Shown: in pieces, positions 61,816 to 64,000 of the stretch | Layout: each line of letters opens with the position of its first letter | How positions within the stretch are numbered: position 1 is the stretch's first letter | Translations under genes and position numbers: made by a program | Notes under the pieces: model-generated | The model's database searches: none | Seen by the model: the letters and a program-made list of their open reading frames with translations, nothing else | What the model was told of the DNA's origin: nothing | Assembly: GCA_028534125.1 (NCBI GenBank) | Contig: CM052845.1 | Coordinates: 24,428,001-24,492,000, forward strand | DNA from: Lama glama | Lineage: Eukaryota | Direction: 5' to 3' | Length of the DNA: 64,000 nt

Positions 61816-64000
61816 CGTCTTGTCTGCTCTCTGTATTGGCGGACTCCACGTCCCTCCCAGTCCTGTCTAGAGTGCGGACGACGGACAGGTGGGAAGATGT
61901 GGTTCATGGATGGCAGATATGTAGACAGGAAGACACGACAGACACACAGAGGCATCTCCTGGTCCTTGCAGTGAGAGCACAGACATGGCGATGTGACTTC
62001 TGCCCGTGCAGGAGCCTCTGACGTGAATCTGAGTCAGAGGAGACGAGTTCTGAAGTTCAGGAATTCCCTTTCACTGGCACCGCCTGTGACAGAGGCGGTG
62101 GGCCGACCCCCGGTAGACACATTCGCACCTCAGCAGCTGGTGGAGCATCAGAGCCCCGGCGCAGGCCGGAGCCAGAGGCTGTGGCTGAGCGGTGGTGGCC
62201 ACGAGCTTTCTCGGTCACTGCAGAGGTGGAGGCGCCCAGAGAGCCGGCCGAGCCTGCCCCGCAGTCCCAGCAGCCACCCCGTGTGCCTCTGACACCCTTT
62301 CCCTGAAACCGGCTAGCAGAGGCTACCATTTGCACCCGAGCCCTCGCCGACGCACCATCTAAGTCCCCCCAAAATTGCAAAGGAGACACTATATTGGTTC
62401 CCGTCTTCCAGGTGAGAAAAGTCCGTGCTGCGTTTTAACTTCAGCCTAAAATCTGTGGGGACCCACTGAACCCTTACAAGTGCTAAAAGGACATAATTAA
62501 TTTTGCGTTTCGGAAAGCCTGCGCTAACAGCTGTTGGAGGATGTCGGAGACGCCAGGGGCAGGGAGAGGAGGGAGGTGGACTGTTAACAACGCAAATTAG
62601 AAAGACATCAAGTACGCATGTCCTGACAGACACCCTTTCCTGCTCACACACAGGGTGAATGAGGTCTGCGTCTCGTTAACCTAATGCTGAGCCATTTCAC
62701 AAGGAAAGAACGCCAGAACTGGGCACGCGCTACGTGCTGGCTTCTCGGGGCTGCTCTGTATACCGACGGAAGCGACTGCCCACGCCAGGGTCCAGCGCTG
62801 GCCTGAGGAAGACACCTTCACAGACGTGCAGCCTGGCACGCGGGAGCTCAGCTTGAAGGCCAGACCCGCTCGGGTGGACGGGGTTCCCACCATGACCTTT
62901 CACTGCTGGTTCCCCACCGCTTTGTAGCAGCTCCCTGGTTACTTCACGCACACGGTAACAGGCCAGAGACCTGATGCCGGAAGAATGGGGGCGCGGGGTC
63001 ACAGATTCGGGGTGTCTAATCAAGCAGAACACGTTTTAGCAACACTGACTGAGGAAATGACACCCTCATGCAGATCATCACAACTAGAGACTCCAAACCG
63101 TTTTCTTCTTGTGTCTGCACAAGGGCGTCACTGAACCACGCATTACAGATTTCGAGAAAAATAACAACCTTTACCAGCTACCAACGTTTGACCAAGTGGT
63201 CGCACCACTGACTGCTGCCCGGCCGGCCCCCTCCTGGCCAGTCGCCCCTGCGCTTCCTGCCCATGTGATCAATTTATTAACTCCTGCATGACCGCAGGCA
63301 GAAGTCAAGCGAAGCGCCCTGCTTTGGTTAAGTTGAATCAAACTTAGGAGAATCTCTTCCTGTTCACAGGCCAGAAGAACCTCCAGTTAAAACCACAGAA
63401 CTGACTGCAGATGTACGAAGGTTTATTATCTCACTCGTAAGAGCAACACTTACACACACAGTGACAGCATGTGGTAGAGACACACGTCCGACGGCCACCA
63501 GGTGGGGGCCGGCTGTCTTCCTCTCCACGCGCAATTTTTGCTGCCAGGTTTACGGGCATTCCTTCAGCCGTGTTCCACGTCTACACAGCGCGCACGTGTG
63601 AACACCCCCGAGGGCTGACATGCCAGTGCTGGGCGGCCGGGTAGGCCCAGGCGCCCGCCACCTGAGCGGCACTGGTGGCGTCTTCTCCCGCTCTAACCTT
63701 AGCCCTGCTTCTACCAACGAGGACAAGACACACGTGGTTCTGGATTTCCTCTCTTTTTAAACGAAGCATAATGAAACGTATCGCAGACAGGGCCCGACCT
63801 CACTCGTGCGGCTGGACTCCCAGCAGTCCATTAAACAGACGCACAGGGAAGTAACCATCTTCTTACAAATGGAAAATTACACTCACTCCCAGCCTTCCTC
63901 TCCTACGACCCCTCCTGCAACAAAACAGCTCTCCGTCTAGGCGACCGGACGCGTGCGTCTATGGAACGAATGCCAGTTTAACTAACTGAGTTGAAAGGTG

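Larger units (their letters stand above)
1..64000. other. Non-coding (intronic or intergenic) GC/CpG-rich mammalian DNA; cetartiodactyl, probably camelid
   Basis: Eutherian repeats (MIR, L2, L1M, MLT1, MER45) occur throughout. The L1 3' UTR at 6.9-7.2 kb resembles the camelid/artiodactyl type. No recognisable protein homology in the ORFs except L1 ORF2. Confidence 0.8.

Noticed and set aside
70-62056. About a dozen AP-1 heptamers (TGASTCA)
   Set aside because: Close to the roughly 8 expected by chance in 64 kb.
62395-62417. Plus-strand CAG|GTGAGA recursive-site-like junction (similar minus-strand one near 32945)
   Set aside because: Short pyrimidine tract and no clear branch point, much weaker than the 10.77-kb case.
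1-64000. Hundreds of 60-300 aa ORFs (e.g. 47206-48117, 3955-4773, 61058-61849, 18079-18804)
   Set aside because: They overlap in all six frames, are Pro/Gly/Arg/Ala/Ser-rich, often start at non-ATG codons and show no recognisable domains. This is expected from stop-codon scarcity in GC-rich DNA. Several lie in repeats.
1-64000. Host gene identity, and tRNA/rRNA/miRNA/snoRNA genes
   Set aside because: No exon or RNA gene could be recognised with confidence, so no gene symbol is given. A BLAT/BLAST search would be decisive.

Overview
This is GC-rich, unusually CpG-rich mammalian genomic DNA, not microbial. The repeat content points to a cetartiodactyl, most likely a camelid: an artiodactyl-type L1 3' UTR, a MER41-like LTR, and no Alu, Bov-tA, PRE-1, CHR-2 or CanSINE that I could see. 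I could not support any protein-coding exon of a recognisable gene. The ORF track is mostly stop-codon-poor GC-rich noise, apart from one L1 ORF2 remnant at about 52.3-52.5 kb. The window reads as a long intron or regulatory intergenic segment. It contains two solo ERV LTRs with 4-bp target-site duplications (TSDs), a 5'-truncated L1 with TSD, many old L2/MIR/L1M/MaLR/hAT fragments, two minisatellites, simple repeats and CpG-island-like segments at about 1.5, 34 and 47 kb. I found no convincing novel biological system. The best leads are two microexon or recursive-splice-like architectures (10.77 kb on +, 47.04 kb on -), a GC-box/kB-like-site tandem repeat in a CpG island, and a window-wide AT-to-GC shift that has rebuilt CpGs and E-boxes in old repeats. 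Repeat family names come from remembered consensus sequences and need RepeatMasker/Dfam confirmation. Old-repeat boundaries are approximate unless TSDs are given.
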